This document shows, in pieces, positions 18,562-27,501 of a DNA stretch of 64,000 nucleotides. A model generated the notes under the pieces. The model saw only the letters and a program-made list of their open reading frames with translations, did no database searches and was not told the origin of the DNA. The stretch is from the NCBI GenBank assembly GCA_964403835.1, contig CAYOHR010000001.1, forward strand, positions 5,862 to 69,861. The letters run 5' to 3'. The translations under genes and the position numbers were made by a program. Source of the stretch: an uncultured Flavobacteriales bacterium. Lineage in GTDB: Bacteria; Bacteroidota; Bacteroidia; Flavobacteriales_G; JALEGO01. Each line of letters starts with the position of its first letter. Position 1 is the first letter of the stretch.

Positions 18562-19661
18562 TGGCGCATATTATTTTTGCCATCACCAACGATATTCCGT
18601 TCGACCAGCGAATGAAAAAAATCTGCACCTCCCTTTCGGGTGCGGGTTTTGAAGTAACCTTGGTTGGGCGTGCTAAAAAAACAGAAGTTGCTTTACCCCA
18701 AGCCACCTATCACCAAAAAAGGATTTATTGCTTTTTTACAAAAGGAAAACTTTTTTATATAGAGTTCAATATCCGATTGTTCTTTTTTCTTCTGTTTGCA
18801 AGGAATTATACTGTTATAAGCGCCGTTGATACGGATACCCTTTTAGCCTGTTGGGCTGCAGCTAAAATAAAAAGAAAGAAATTTGTTTTTGATGCGCACG
18901 AGTATTTTACTCAAATGGAAGAAGTGATTCACCGCCCCATTACTAAAAAAATATGGACCTGGGTCGAAAATATTTGTATTCCCTCCGTGCATGCCGCATA
19001 TACCATTTCGCAAGGATATGCCGACCTTTTTGAAAAGCGATTTCATCAACATTTTTCCATTGTAAGAAACGCTACTGTTTTAAAAGATAAAGAGGTTTTG
19101 ACTAGTCAAGAACGAAAATTTATTTTGTACCAAGGTTCCGTAAATGTAGGTCGGGGTTTAGAAGAATTAATTGAGGCCATGCCTCTTATTGATTTTCCTT
19201 TAGTTATTTGCGGCGAAGGTGATTTATACCTCCCGCTTCAACAAAAGGTAAAGGAACTTCAACTGCAAGACAAGGTAAGCTTTACAGGGTATCTTACGCC
19301 GGAAGTCCTGCTCACCTACACGTACCAGGCAAAAATTGGAATTACCTTGTTTTCTAATGATGGGTTAAGTAACCATCACTCCTTATGCAACCGGTTTTTC
19401 GATTATATGCATGCAGGGGTTCCTCAAATTTGCACTAATTACCCGGAATATGAAGAGTTCAATAAAGAATTTAAAGTATCTGTTTTAATTGACACCATTA
19501 CACCTGCCCAAATAGCGACTGTAATCAATCAATTACTCGCAAAGGAGCATGAGTATAACTTCATGCTAGAAGAGTGCTTAAAAGCCCGGAAAACAAACAC
19601 CTGGCAGCAAGAGGAGAGCAAATTGATTAATATTTATAAAGAAGTCATTTCATTATCATGA
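18561..19661 (+). CDS. Glycosyltransferase (GT4/GT1-like, GT-B fold)
   Basis: 366 aa. C-terminal half with the typical GxG...E..GI pattern (ILYQGSVNVGRGLEELIEA...). Its start overlaps the upstream stop (TAATG). Confidence 0.75.
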   Translation: MAHIIFAITNDIPFDQRMKKICTSLSGAGFEVTLVGRAKKTEVALPQATYHQKRIYCFFTKGKLFYIEFNIRLFFFLLFARNYTVISAVDTDTLLACWAAAKIKRKKFVFDAHEYFTQMEEVIHRPITKKIWTWVENICIPSVHAAYTISQGYADLFEKRFHQHFSIVRNATVLKDKEVLTSQERKFILYQGSVNVGRGLEELIEAMPLIDFPLVICGEGDLYLPLQQKVKELQLQDKVSFTGYLTPEVLLTYTYQAKIGITLFSNDGLSNHHSLCNRFFDYMHAGVPQICTNYPEYEEFNKEFKVSVLIDTITPAQIATVINQLLAKEHEYNFMLEECLKARKTNTWQQEESKLINIYKEVISLS

Positions 19662-20131
19662 ATAAATTAAAGGAACTTATACAGGAACTAGAGGCAGCTA
19701 TTCCGCACCAAGAATTAGTCAATACGGCTGTTTCAAAAGCCTCCGTTGGATGGCACATAGAACACACGCTGTTAACCATGCACATGATTATTAAGACTTT
19801 AAAAAATTCGGACTCAGCCACGTATAAGCGAAAATTTAACTGGAGTAGGACGCTCGTATTCACCATCAATAAAATTCCGAGAGGAAAGGCAAAAGCGCCA
19901 AGTCGGGTTCAGCCAAGAGATGAATTTACAGCGGAAACCCTTCACAGGCATATTCAATCAGTAAGAGAAAAACTTCAGGAATTAGATGCGTTGGAACCCA
20001 ATAATTATTTTGAACATCCTTTTTTTGGGCATTTAAATTTAAAACCAACCCGAAAATTTCTTAAAATTCATACGGCACATCACCTTCATATAATAAGGGA
20101 TATTATTAAAAGCCAAGGGAAATCGTTATAA
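19658..20131 (+). CDS. DinB-superfamily protein (DUF1569-like)
   Basis: 157 aa. W-H-x-x-H near the N-terminus (GWHIEHTL) and HTAHHLHII near the C-terminus. ATGA overlap with the upstream gene. Confidence 0.65.
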   Translation: MNKLKELIQELEAAIPHQELVNTAVSKASVGWHIEHTLLTMHMIIKTLKNSDSATYKRKFNWSRTLVFTINKIPRGKAKAPSRVQPRDEFTAETLHRHIQSVREKLQELDALEPNNYFEHPFFGHLNLKPTRKFLKIHTAHHLHIIRDIIKSQGKSL

Positions 20132-20223
20132 ATTTAAGAAGAAAGAATCTGATTCGTTTAGGTGTAAAACCAAGAGATGCATAGTTGGGGGAGAATCAAT
20201 TAGATGAATATTGTTACCAAATT

Positions 20224-20298
20224 ATCTAAATTCTAAATTCTATTTATCTAATATCTATTTGTCTAACATCTAAAAATCTAACATCTAAAAATCTAACA
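20224..20298. repeat. TCTAA-rich low-complexity tract ending in a perfect 15-bp tandem repeat
   Basis: CTAACATCTAAAAAT at 20263-20277 and again at 20278-20292, then CTAACA. It is preceded by several ATCTAA/TTCTAA units. Confidence 0.85.
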
Positions 20299-20312
20299 CA
20301 ACTCTCCAAGCA

Positions 20313-20987
20313 CTAAACACCCCAATCAATCGGTTTTTCTCCCACAGATTTCAAAATTTCATTGGTTTTAGAAAAATGTTTACATCCTAAAAACCCGGTA
20401 TGTGCTGAAAACGGAGATGGGTGAGGCGCTTTTAAAATATAGTGTTTCGTAGTATCAATTAAACTCACTTTGTTTTGAGCAAAGCGGCCCCACAATAAAA
20501 AAACAACCCCTGTTTTTTTATTGGATATGGTTTTAATAACAGCATCGGTAAAGGTTTCCCAACCATGATTTTGATGCGATGCCGGTTGGTTTGCGCGCAC
20601 CGTTAAAATGGCATTTAATAAGAAAACTCCTTGTTTTGCCCATTTTTCTAAGTTTCCGTGTTTGGGAATAGGCAAGCCTAAGTCGGCATGTATTTCTTTA
20701 AAAATATTTTGAAGCGAAGGGGGTTGCTTTATCCCCGGTGGGACTGAAAAAGACAGTCCGTGTGCTTGGCCATCTCCATGATATGGATCTTGCCCCAGGA
20801 TAACTACTTTTACCTCCTCAAAGGGAGTTAAATTAAAAGCCTCAAAAATCTTCGGTCCGGGAGGATATATCTGGTAATTGCCCTTTTCTGCCAGCAAAAA
20901 CCTTTTTAAATCTAAAAAATAGTTCGATTGAAATTCATGTTCTAAAACATCCTTCCAACTCTTATGAATACTAGGATTAATAGACAA
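20313..20987 (-). CDS. ung: Uracil-DNA glycosylase (family 1)
   Basis: GQDPYHGDGQAHGLSFSV and HPSPFSAH motifs. 224 aa. Confidence 0.95.
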   Translation of the reverse strand: MSINPSIHKSWKDVLEHEFQSNYFLDLKRFLLAEKGNYQIYPPGPKIFEAFNLTPFEEVKVVILGQDPYHGDGQAHGLSFSVPPGIKQPPSLQNIFKEIHADLGLPIPKHGNLEKWAKQGVFLLNAILTVRANQPASHQNHGWETFTDAVIKTISNKKTGVVFLLWGRFAQNKVSLIDTTKHYILKAPHPSPFSAHTGFLGCKHFSKTNEILKSVGEKPIDWGV

Positions 20988-21091
20988 TTTTTATAGCTTT
21001 GCAACAAAGTTAAATTAATAACGTTATAATAGTATATTTTTATTATTAAATCGAAATATCTAGATTTGTAAACTTTTATTATATTTATTAA

Positions 21092-21223
21092 ATGAAAAAA
21101 GCAGCAATTATACGTTTTGGGTTAGTTTTTCTTTCCTTGGTTATTTTTTCGTCTTGCAAAACACATGAACGTTGCCCTGCTTATGGAAAAGCGGTTACGC
21201 ATACGGCTGAAAAAAACGGATAA
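21092..21223 (+). CDS. Small lipoprotein (43 aa), KTHERCPAYG type
   Basis: Not in the ORF track (<60 aa). MKKAAIIRFGLVFLSLVIFSSC followed by KTHERCPAYGK. The CPAY motif after the lipobox recurs in small Bacteroidota lipoproteins (from memory). Confidence 0.5.
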   Translation: MKKAAIIRFGLVFLSLVIFSSCKTHERCPAYGKAVTHTAEKNG

Positions 21224-21229
21224 TCCTGC

Positions 21230-21581
21230 GTGCTCCAACGGGTAGGATTTCTTAATTTCTAAGCCTATTAAATCGAGCACCCGGTCAACTGCGGTTGATG
21301 CCATATCTTCAAAAGTAGAAGGTTTACTATAAAATGAAGGAGTAGCCGGGCAAATAATACCCCCAGCTTCTGTAACAATTTTCATATTGTTTATGTGAAT
21401 TAAATTGTACAGAGTATCTCGCAAAACCATTACCAGCTTTTGTTCCTTTAACTGCGCGTGTCATTAAGTCGTTTGAAATTCCTTGCGCTACACGTCCTAA
21501 AGTGCCCATAGAACACAGGCAAATAATCATGCTGCTAAATTGTGCCGAACCGGAAACAAAAGGGGCTGAAAAATCTTGCGT
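21230..21581 (-). pseudogene. ubiX: Remnant of flavin prenyltransferase UbiX (5'-deleted and frameshifted)
   Basis: Track ORFs 21327..21530 and 21122..21430 together align by eye to E. coli UbiX residues ~85-175 (DFSAPFVSGS...MIICLCSMGTLGRVAQGISNDLMTRA // QLKEQKLVMVLRDTLYNLIHINNMKIVTEAGGIICPATPSFYSKPSTFEDM...VDRVLDLIG). There is a frame change near 21452. The N-terminal ~85 aa are absent. Confidence 0.65.
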
Positions 21582-22220
21582 TTATTCCCCTGTATTTGAT
21601 TTACTTTTAAATGTATATTGAAAAGTAACACTCATATATTGGTTATAGGCTCCTCCAAAAAGTCCCAAAAAAAGCTTATCGAAAACAACCCGGTTTGCTA
21701 TCGGTAAAATACTAACCGAACTTTGCCAGCATACCGCCCATCGATCGGTTAAATTATAATCAACCCCAATTAAAGTCGCTATTTCCGTTTTTTTAAAGGG
21801 CCCAATAAATGGCGCAGGTAAAAGACCATTAATATCATACTGTTTTTGGCTTGTTAATATCCCAAAAGAAGCCCCTGCATTAAAATTCACTTTTTTAAAC
21901 TGGTATTTAAAAATCAGCGGAATTTCAATATAGCTCAATTTAATTCTCTTTAAGGTGTATTTGCCAATCAGATAATTAGGCGGATCATAACTGCCTTTGG
22001 TAATATAGGTTAGTTCACCCTGAAATGTTACTTTATCGGATAATTTGGTTTTTAAAATAAACCCACCTACTATGCCTGCTTTATCAAACCCTGAGTATCC
22101 ATCGCCATTTATTTGAGATGTATTTAACCCCAAAATGATTCCCCCTTTAAAAACATTTTTGTTTTGAGTAAAAGCCGGTAACCCTGCAAATATTAAAACA
22201 AACACAAAATAAAACCTCAT
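21582..22220 (-). CDS. Small outer-membrane beta-barrel protein (porin-family/OmpA-like barrel)
   Basis: The ATG at 22220 gives MRFYFVFVLIFAGLPAFTQ (signal peptide). Alternating-hydrophobic strands throughout. 212 aa. Confidence 0.7.
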   Translation of the reverse strand: MRFYFVFVLIFAGLPAFTQNKNVFKGGIILGLNTSQINGDGYSGFDKAGIVGGFILKTKLSDKVTFQGELTYITKGSYDPPNYLIGKYTLKRIKLSYIEIPLIFKYQFKKVNFNAGASFGILTSQKQYDINGLLPAPFIGPFKKTEIATLIGVDYNLTDRWAVCWQSSVSILPIANRVVFDKLFLGLFGGAYNQYMSVTFQYTFKSKSNTGE

Positions 22221-22225
22221 CCGAA

Positions 22226-24103
22226 TCAATTATTATTGAGTAACACCATTTGCTTCGAAAATATTTTGTTACCGGAAGTAACCCGAAGTAAATAGATCCC
22301 ATTTACCTGGGAAGGAAATTGCATTTTTAAGGTTTCATTGCTTATAAAAACTGATTTTTCGAAAACTTTTTTTCCGTAAACATCATATAATTCTAACACC
22401 CCTGTATTGGATGGATTTGCCTTAATTTGTATGTTTATATCGCCGTTGGATGGATTTGGAAAAACAACTATATCGCCCGTATTTAAAGGCATCTCTTCCA
22501 CTTCTAATGGCCAAAAAGACCCATTTACCTGAGTTATTTCTTTTGTTAAGGTATCTTGTAAAAATGCCATCACAAAAACATTGTGTTCATTAACAGATGT
22601 AAAGCTACCTGAACCAAATAAAACCGGTTTTTCAATGGTTATTTTTTTAGTAAAGGCAAAAGCATATACCGAATCTTGCTTTAAAACCGGGGGCATCGCA
22701 TCCCCTTCTTCTTGTGACAAGAATTGCCTAACCACCGCTTTAAAAGAAGTATCTTGGGCTGACATACCATTTAAAAACATCCAGTTTTCTATGGCTATAA
22801 CCCATAATTTACATCTGTTTGATGAAAGATTTATTTGAGACTTTACCTGCACATTTACCCGTAAAGAATCATTTAAAAGGCTATGCCCTAATTGAACATA
22901 AAACGGAGTTTGGGTTTGAATGTTTCGAATAGCCGAGTTTTGTTGAATAAAACCTAAATTTTGAGGATCATCTTGACCATTCACTATATAATAAGGATCT
23001 TCTAAACTACCATACAAGCCTTTTCTAAAGGTATTTTCGGTAATATAGGCATCATCATTCGATAAAATGGAGTTAAAGTGATACTGAGCCAGAAAAAACC
23101 GACCCTCAAAGGCATTTACGGCCAAATTTTCAAAATACAGGTCCGATATTTCTTTTATTTCGTAACAATTTGCACATCTATTACTGGTAAAGGTTTCTAT
23201 TAAAGTATTTTGAATGTTTTTTACCGGCAGCAATAATACAGCGTGACTAAGACTATCGTTTAGTTTGTTTTGATCGAGGTTCAAGCTGTCCGAAACCCAT
23301 GTTTGAAGCAATGTATCCGACCCATGATAAATTGGATAATTAATAGCAATTTGAACACTTGAAAACGGGTTTATGGTATTGATTACCTTTTGCTGAATAA
23401 ATGTATCAGCAGTTTGAATGTTAAAATAAATATTTTGAAGGGTATCTGCCGATAAATTAGAAATTTCTCCCTTCAAGGGCAAGGTAGAACCCAAAGAGTA
23501 ATAATGATCATCTGTATTTAATGATAGTTTTATATCATGCGATATAGGTGTGTATAACTCAATATTATCTAAGGCTAAGCCAAATAACCAACCACCATTA
23601 TCAGCATATTTAAACCCTATTTTAATGCTGTCAAAAGAGGTAAATGCGGATACGTTCCAAAAATAGGTTTGCCAATCATTTTTCCCTTTTAGCGTATCTA
23701 TAAAAACGGTATCTGTTTGATGTATAATAAACACAAAGGCTTCTTCAATATCATTTTGGTATGCGCCTCCATTAAAAAAAACATCTGCCTTTAAAATGAG
23801 TGAAGCGGGATTGTTTAAGTGAATATTGCCTGAAACTAATTGAGTGTTTAAACTATTACAATTACATTGGTCGTCATTAATTGCTATAAAACGGCTATGA
23901 CTGGGTATTTTCCAATTTTCACTTTGTTGAGTATAAGATTCTCCAACAAGCCAATGATTTACGTTATCGCTTGAATAATACTGCCAATTTTGAAACGTGT
24001 TTTCAAAATCTTCTTTAAAAACGGCCTGCGCAGTTAATAAATTTGTAAATAAACCACAAATTAAAAAAATCCAAACCGTTTTAAAAGAAAGCTGTTTAAT
24101 CAT
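22226..24103 (-). CDS. T9SS type-A C-terminal-domain secreted protein with thioredoxin-like CxxC segment
   Basis: Signal peptide. C-terminal VVFPNPSNGDINIQI...LELYDVYGKKVFE...NGIYLLRVTSGNKIFSKQMVL (Por secretion tail). Internal LIETFTSNRCANCYE. Confidence 0.8.
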   Translation of the reverse strand: MIKQLSFKTVWIFLICGLFTNLLTAQAVFKEDFENTFQNWQYYSSDNVNHWLVGESYTQQSENWKIPSHSRFIAINDDQCNCNSLNTQLVSGNIHLNNPASLILKADVFFNGGAYQNDIEEAFVFIIHQTDTVFIDTLKGKNDWQTYFWNVSAFTSFDSIKIGFKYADNGGWLFGLALDNIELYTPISHDIKLSLNTDDHYYSLGSTLPLKGEISNLSADTLQNIYFNIQTADTFIQQKVINTINPFSSVQIAINYPIYHGSDTLLQTWVSDSLNLDQNKLNDSLSHAVLLLPVKNIQNTLIETFTSNRCANCYEIKEISDLYFENLAVNAFEGRFFLAQYHFNSILSNDDAYITENTFRKGLYGSLEDPYYIVNGQDDPQNLGFIQQNSAIRNIQTQTPFYVQLGHSLLNDSLRVNVQVKSQINLSSNRCKLWVIAIENWMFLNGMSAQDTSFKAVVRQFLSQEEGDAMPPVLKQDSVYAFAFTKKITIEKPVLFGSGSFTSVNEHNVFVMAFLQDTLTKEITQVNGSFWPLEVEEMPLNTGDIVVFPNPSNGDINIQIKANPSNTGVLELYDVYGKKVFEKSVFISNETLKMQFPSQVNGIYLLRVTSGNKIFSKQMVLLNNN

Positions 24104-26565
24104 TAGAATTTAAAAGAAAACTGTAACGCAAATGTTCTTGGTCTTTCCACTAACAATGGACGTAACATATATTCTTTATTAAAAAGATTATCAGACAACA
24201 AAGATATTTTAAAGTTGCTGTTAACTTCATAAATAAGACGAAGATCAACTACTACTATACCCTCGTTTAAGTGTTTTTGTCTGTAATCTACAATTCCGGT
24301 AGGTAATAAATTAGTGGTATCTAAAACATTAAATACAACATCGTAATTCTTCATAAATGATAAATATCGGTAACTTAAACCCACGGTCCATTTTTCGTAA
24401 GAAAACTGGATATCTCCTTTAAACATATGTTCAAATCGGTATTTTAATATACCGGATGTATCAACGCTAGCACTTTTGTATGATATTTTTTGATTATTTG
24501 AGGTATCAATGTAAGCACTTGGGTCTAAGTTAAAAGGCTCAATGTAGGTGTATCCGGCTAATACCCCAATATCAAGCTTACCAATTTTACCCATTCCTGC
24601 AATAGAAGTTTCATATCCTTGTATTCTTGATTCTTTAATATTAATGGATTTAAATCCTAATTTTTGAGAAACGTTTGAAACCGTAATGGGTGGAGCGCCA
24701 AATAATCCAAAATTGAATTCAATAGCATCTTTCACCTGCTGACGGAAACCTGCCACGTCAATAAATCCTTTGAAATTTCCAATTTTAAATCCTTGTTTTA
24801 CACCAAGCTCCATATTCCAGCTTTCTTCCGGTTTTAAATCATAGTTTGGAAAAATACGAACTGGTCCAACTTGCGTAGCAATATACTTTTCAGCAATGGT
24901 TGGAAAACGGAAACCTTGCCCCCATGAAGCTCGTGCATAAGTGGCTTTTAAAACTCTTAGATTGGCTCCGGCTCTAAAAACCGGCTTCACGATCTCATTA
25001 TCGTTAATTTTAAAACGCTCTACCCTTCCTCCTCCTGAAACACTTAATCTATCAAAAAACTTTTTATCTAACTGTACATAAACGGCATTATTCATAGCAG
25101 TACTTAAACCATCTCCACTTTCATTCCCTGCAAAAAGTTGCGACGTCGATTTGGTAAAGCTGCTCATAAGTCCAGCGGTAAAATTTAAGTCAATAACTTT
25201 AATTTTTTGATAGTATTGATACTCCCCAAAAAACCAATCAGAAAGATTTGATTGATTGTTGTTATTATTTAAATCATTGTGATACCAGCGACCACGAAGA
25301 GTTTGTTTTCGGTCTCTTTTGGCATATGTAATAAATGGATCAACATACCAATTGTTATTTCTTCCATAACTTTGCGTTCCGGGATAATTTTTATATATAC
25401 CGCTATCCGCATCTAACATCATTAAAGAACTGACTTCGGTTTTTACCATGGCGTTTGAATTAACACCAAAAGTTAGACCCTCTATGCTTTTTGAACGATA
25501 ACGCAAGTTTACATTCATTCTAGCTCTTTTCTCAAAATTTCTAGGTTTGGTTGAATTGCTGTAATACGTAGTATCAGCAAGAGCTCCAGATAAAGTATCT
25601 TGGTTTAATATTCCTACACCATTAATCGCAATTCTATTGCCTGATATTTTTTTTACACTTATTTTATCAGGTTCAGGGCCAATATATCCTTCATCAGAAA
25701 ATAAATTACCTCCCACAACTAAATCCAAATTTCCGAATTTTTGTGAGTGAAAGAAATTTAAGTTTGTATATGTAGGATTTCCTCCTGCATTCCAATATTT
25801 AGCACTACTTGATCTAGGGTTATCATATATTCCCGTGTTCAAATTTATTTTTGTTAAAGGTTTATCGGTTGGATATGCGGTTCTGATATTAATAACACCA
25901 CTTAAGGCCGAAGAACCATAAAGTACCGATGCTGCTCCTTTTAAAACCTCAATTTGCTCTAAATTTTCCATCGGAAGAAAAGACCAGGATGGTCGACCGG
26001 CATCACCCGATAAAACCGGAATATCATCTACCAATATCATTACCCGGCTTCCGGCCCCAAAGTTATATCCACTACCCCCTCTAATTTGTGGCTCACCATC
26101 TACTATTTGCACCCCGGGAGACTGATTAATAGCGGTTTGAATATTAGTAGCTGCCTTGTCTTGCGTTAAATTGGGTCTTATAATATCAATAGACATCGTA
26201 ACTTCTTCTATTTTTTGATCGTATTTGCTGCCCGTTACAACAACCTGACCTAAAAGTTTAGACATTTCAACCAGTGAAACATTTAAGGTTTTAATTTCAT
26301 CTGCTACCAGGGTAACACTTTTTGTTAATGAATCATATCCTAAAAAACGATAAGATAAATTATAAGTTCCGGGATCTACCTGAAATTTATAATTTCCATC
26401 AATGTCGCTATTAACGGCGGTATTATTATAAATCACATTTACAGAAGGGATTCCCTCTTTTGTATTTGCATCAATTATTCTTCCTTGAATAGTAGCTTTT
26501 TGAGCTGATAAATTTGTTACCGTAAAGCCTAAAAAACCAATAAAATAAAATAGTATCTTTTTCAT
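24103..26565 (-). CDS. TonB-dependent receptor with N-terminal carboxypeptidase-regulatory-like domain
   Basis: Signal peptide. TIQGRIIDANTKEGIPSVNVIY (CarbopepD_reg). Plug region (IEVLKGAASVLYGSSALSGVINI). C-terminal ...RTFALQFSFKF. Confidence 0.9.
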   Translation of the reverse strand: MKKILFYFIGFLGFTVTNLSAQKATIQGRIIDANTKEGIPSVNVIYNNTAVNSDIDGNYKFQVDPGTYNLSYRFLGYDSLTKSVTLVADEIKTLNVSLVEMSKLLGQVVVTGSKYDQKIEEVTMSIDIIRPNLTQDKAATNIQTAINQSPGVQIVDGEPQIRGGSGYNFGAGSRVMILVDDIPVLSGDAGRPSWSFLPMENLEQIEVLKGAASVLYGSSALSGVINIRTAYPTDKPLTKINLNTGIYDNPRSSSAKYWNAGGNPTYTNLNFFHSQKFGNLDLVVGGNLFSDEGYIGPEPDKISVKKISGNRIAINGVGILNQDTLSGALADTTYYSNSTKPRNFEKRARMNVNLRYRSKSIEGLTFGVNSNAMVKTEVSSLMMLDADSGIYKNYPGTQSYGRNNNWYVDPFITYAKRDRKQTLRGRWYHNDLNNNNNQSNLSDWFFGEYQYYQKIKVIDLNFTAGLMSSFTKSTSQLFAGNESGDGLSTAMNNAVYVQLDKKFFDRLSVSGGGRVERFKINDNEIVKPVFRAGANLRVLKATYARASWGQGFRFPTIAEKYIATQVGPVRIFPNYDLKPEESWNMELGVKQGFKIGNFKGFIDVAGFRQQVKDAIEFNFGLFGAPPITVSNVSQKLGFKSINIKESRIQGYETSIAGMGKIGKLDIGVLAGYTYIEPFNLDPSAYIDTSNNQKISYKSASVDTSGILKYRFEHMFKGDIQFSYEKWTVGLSYRYLSFMKNYDVVFNVLDTTNLLPTGIVDYRQKHLNEGIVVVDLRLIYEVNSNFKISLLSDNLFNKEYMLRPLLVERPRTFALQFSFKF

Positions 26566-26641
26566 AAATATTTAAAAAGCAATTTGCAATTTTACAAAAA
26601 TTTATTTCAGACAAACACATTCTTATATATTAAATTGTTAA

Positions 26642-27439
26642 ATGGTAGATAATTTGAGGGTTTCAGTAATACAAACCGAATTGTTTTGGGAAGATAAAAA
26701 GCAAAACTTGAATCATTTTAGTACGTTAATCTCTACTATTAACGATACTGATCTTATTGTCTTGCCTGAAATGTTTACTACCGGGTTTTCGATGAATTGT
26801 TCTGCTTTGTTTGATGAACATCCCGGAAAAACATTGGCATGGATGCAAGAAATAGCCCAGAAAAAGAAGGTGGCCATCACCGGAAGTGCTATTATTAAAG
26901 AAAATAACAGTTATTACAACCGATTGTACTTTGTTTTTCCCAATGGAGAATTTAAAACGTATGATAAGCGACATTTATTTCGCATGGCCGATGAAACTAG
27001 CTATTATACCGCCGGTAAAGAAAAAATTATTGTGGAATATAAAGGGTGGAAAATTTGTCCTTTAATATGTTTTGACCTTCGGTTTCCGGTGTTTAGCAGA
27101 AATAAGTACCATGCCGACACAAACCAATTTGATTATGACTGCCTTATTTATGTTGCAAACTGGCCGGCTGCCCGCAGAAAAGCATGGAATTGTTTGCTGG
27201 AAGCCCGTGCCCATGAAAACTTATGTTATGTGGTTGGGGTAAATAGAATTGGCCTGGATGGAACCAATAAGAACTATGCCGGTGATACACATGTATTTGA
27301 TTTTAAAGGAACCGATTGCATTGCTATTGAACCCGAAAAGGAGGCCATAGCTACGATTGAACTAGATAAGCCTTCCCTCACCGAATACAGAAGTAAATTT
27401 AATACGGGTTTGGATGCAGATATTTTTAGCTTAAAATAA
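26642..27439 (+). CDS. Carbon-nitrogen hydrolase family amidohydrolase (omega-amidase/YafV-like)
   Basis: 265 aa. E (LPEMF), K (YDKRHLF) and C (ICFDLRFP) catalytic-triad contexts. Confidence 0.85.
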   Translation: MVDNLRVSVIQTELFWEDKKQNLNHFSTLISTINDTDLIVLPEMFTTGFSMNCSALFDEHPGKTLAWMQEIAQKKKVAITGSAIIKENNSYYNRLYFVFPNGEFKTYDKRHLFRMADETSYYTAGKEKIIVEYKGWKICPLICFDLRFPVFSRNKYHADTNQFDYDCLIYVANWPAARRKAWNCLLEARAHENLCYVVGVNRIGLDGTNKNYAGDTHVFDFKGTDCIAIEPEKEAIATIELDKPSLTEYRSKFNTGLDADIFSLK

Positions 27440-27501
27440 ATCCAAATTATTCTAGATTTCTGTTAATTATTTTCCTTTAATTTGTTAAAAATTCATTCCG
27501 C

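Noticed and set aside
20224-20298. Short tandem repeats considered as a possible CRISPR array
   Set aside because: The units are 6-15 bp, directly abutting with no spacers, and no cas genes are in the window. It is a microsatellite-like tract.
21122-21530. Two overlapping minus-strand ORFs (102 and 67 aa) as separate hypothetical genes
   Set aside because: Read together they are consecutive pieces of UbiX in two frames. They are treated as one pseudogene rather than two genes.
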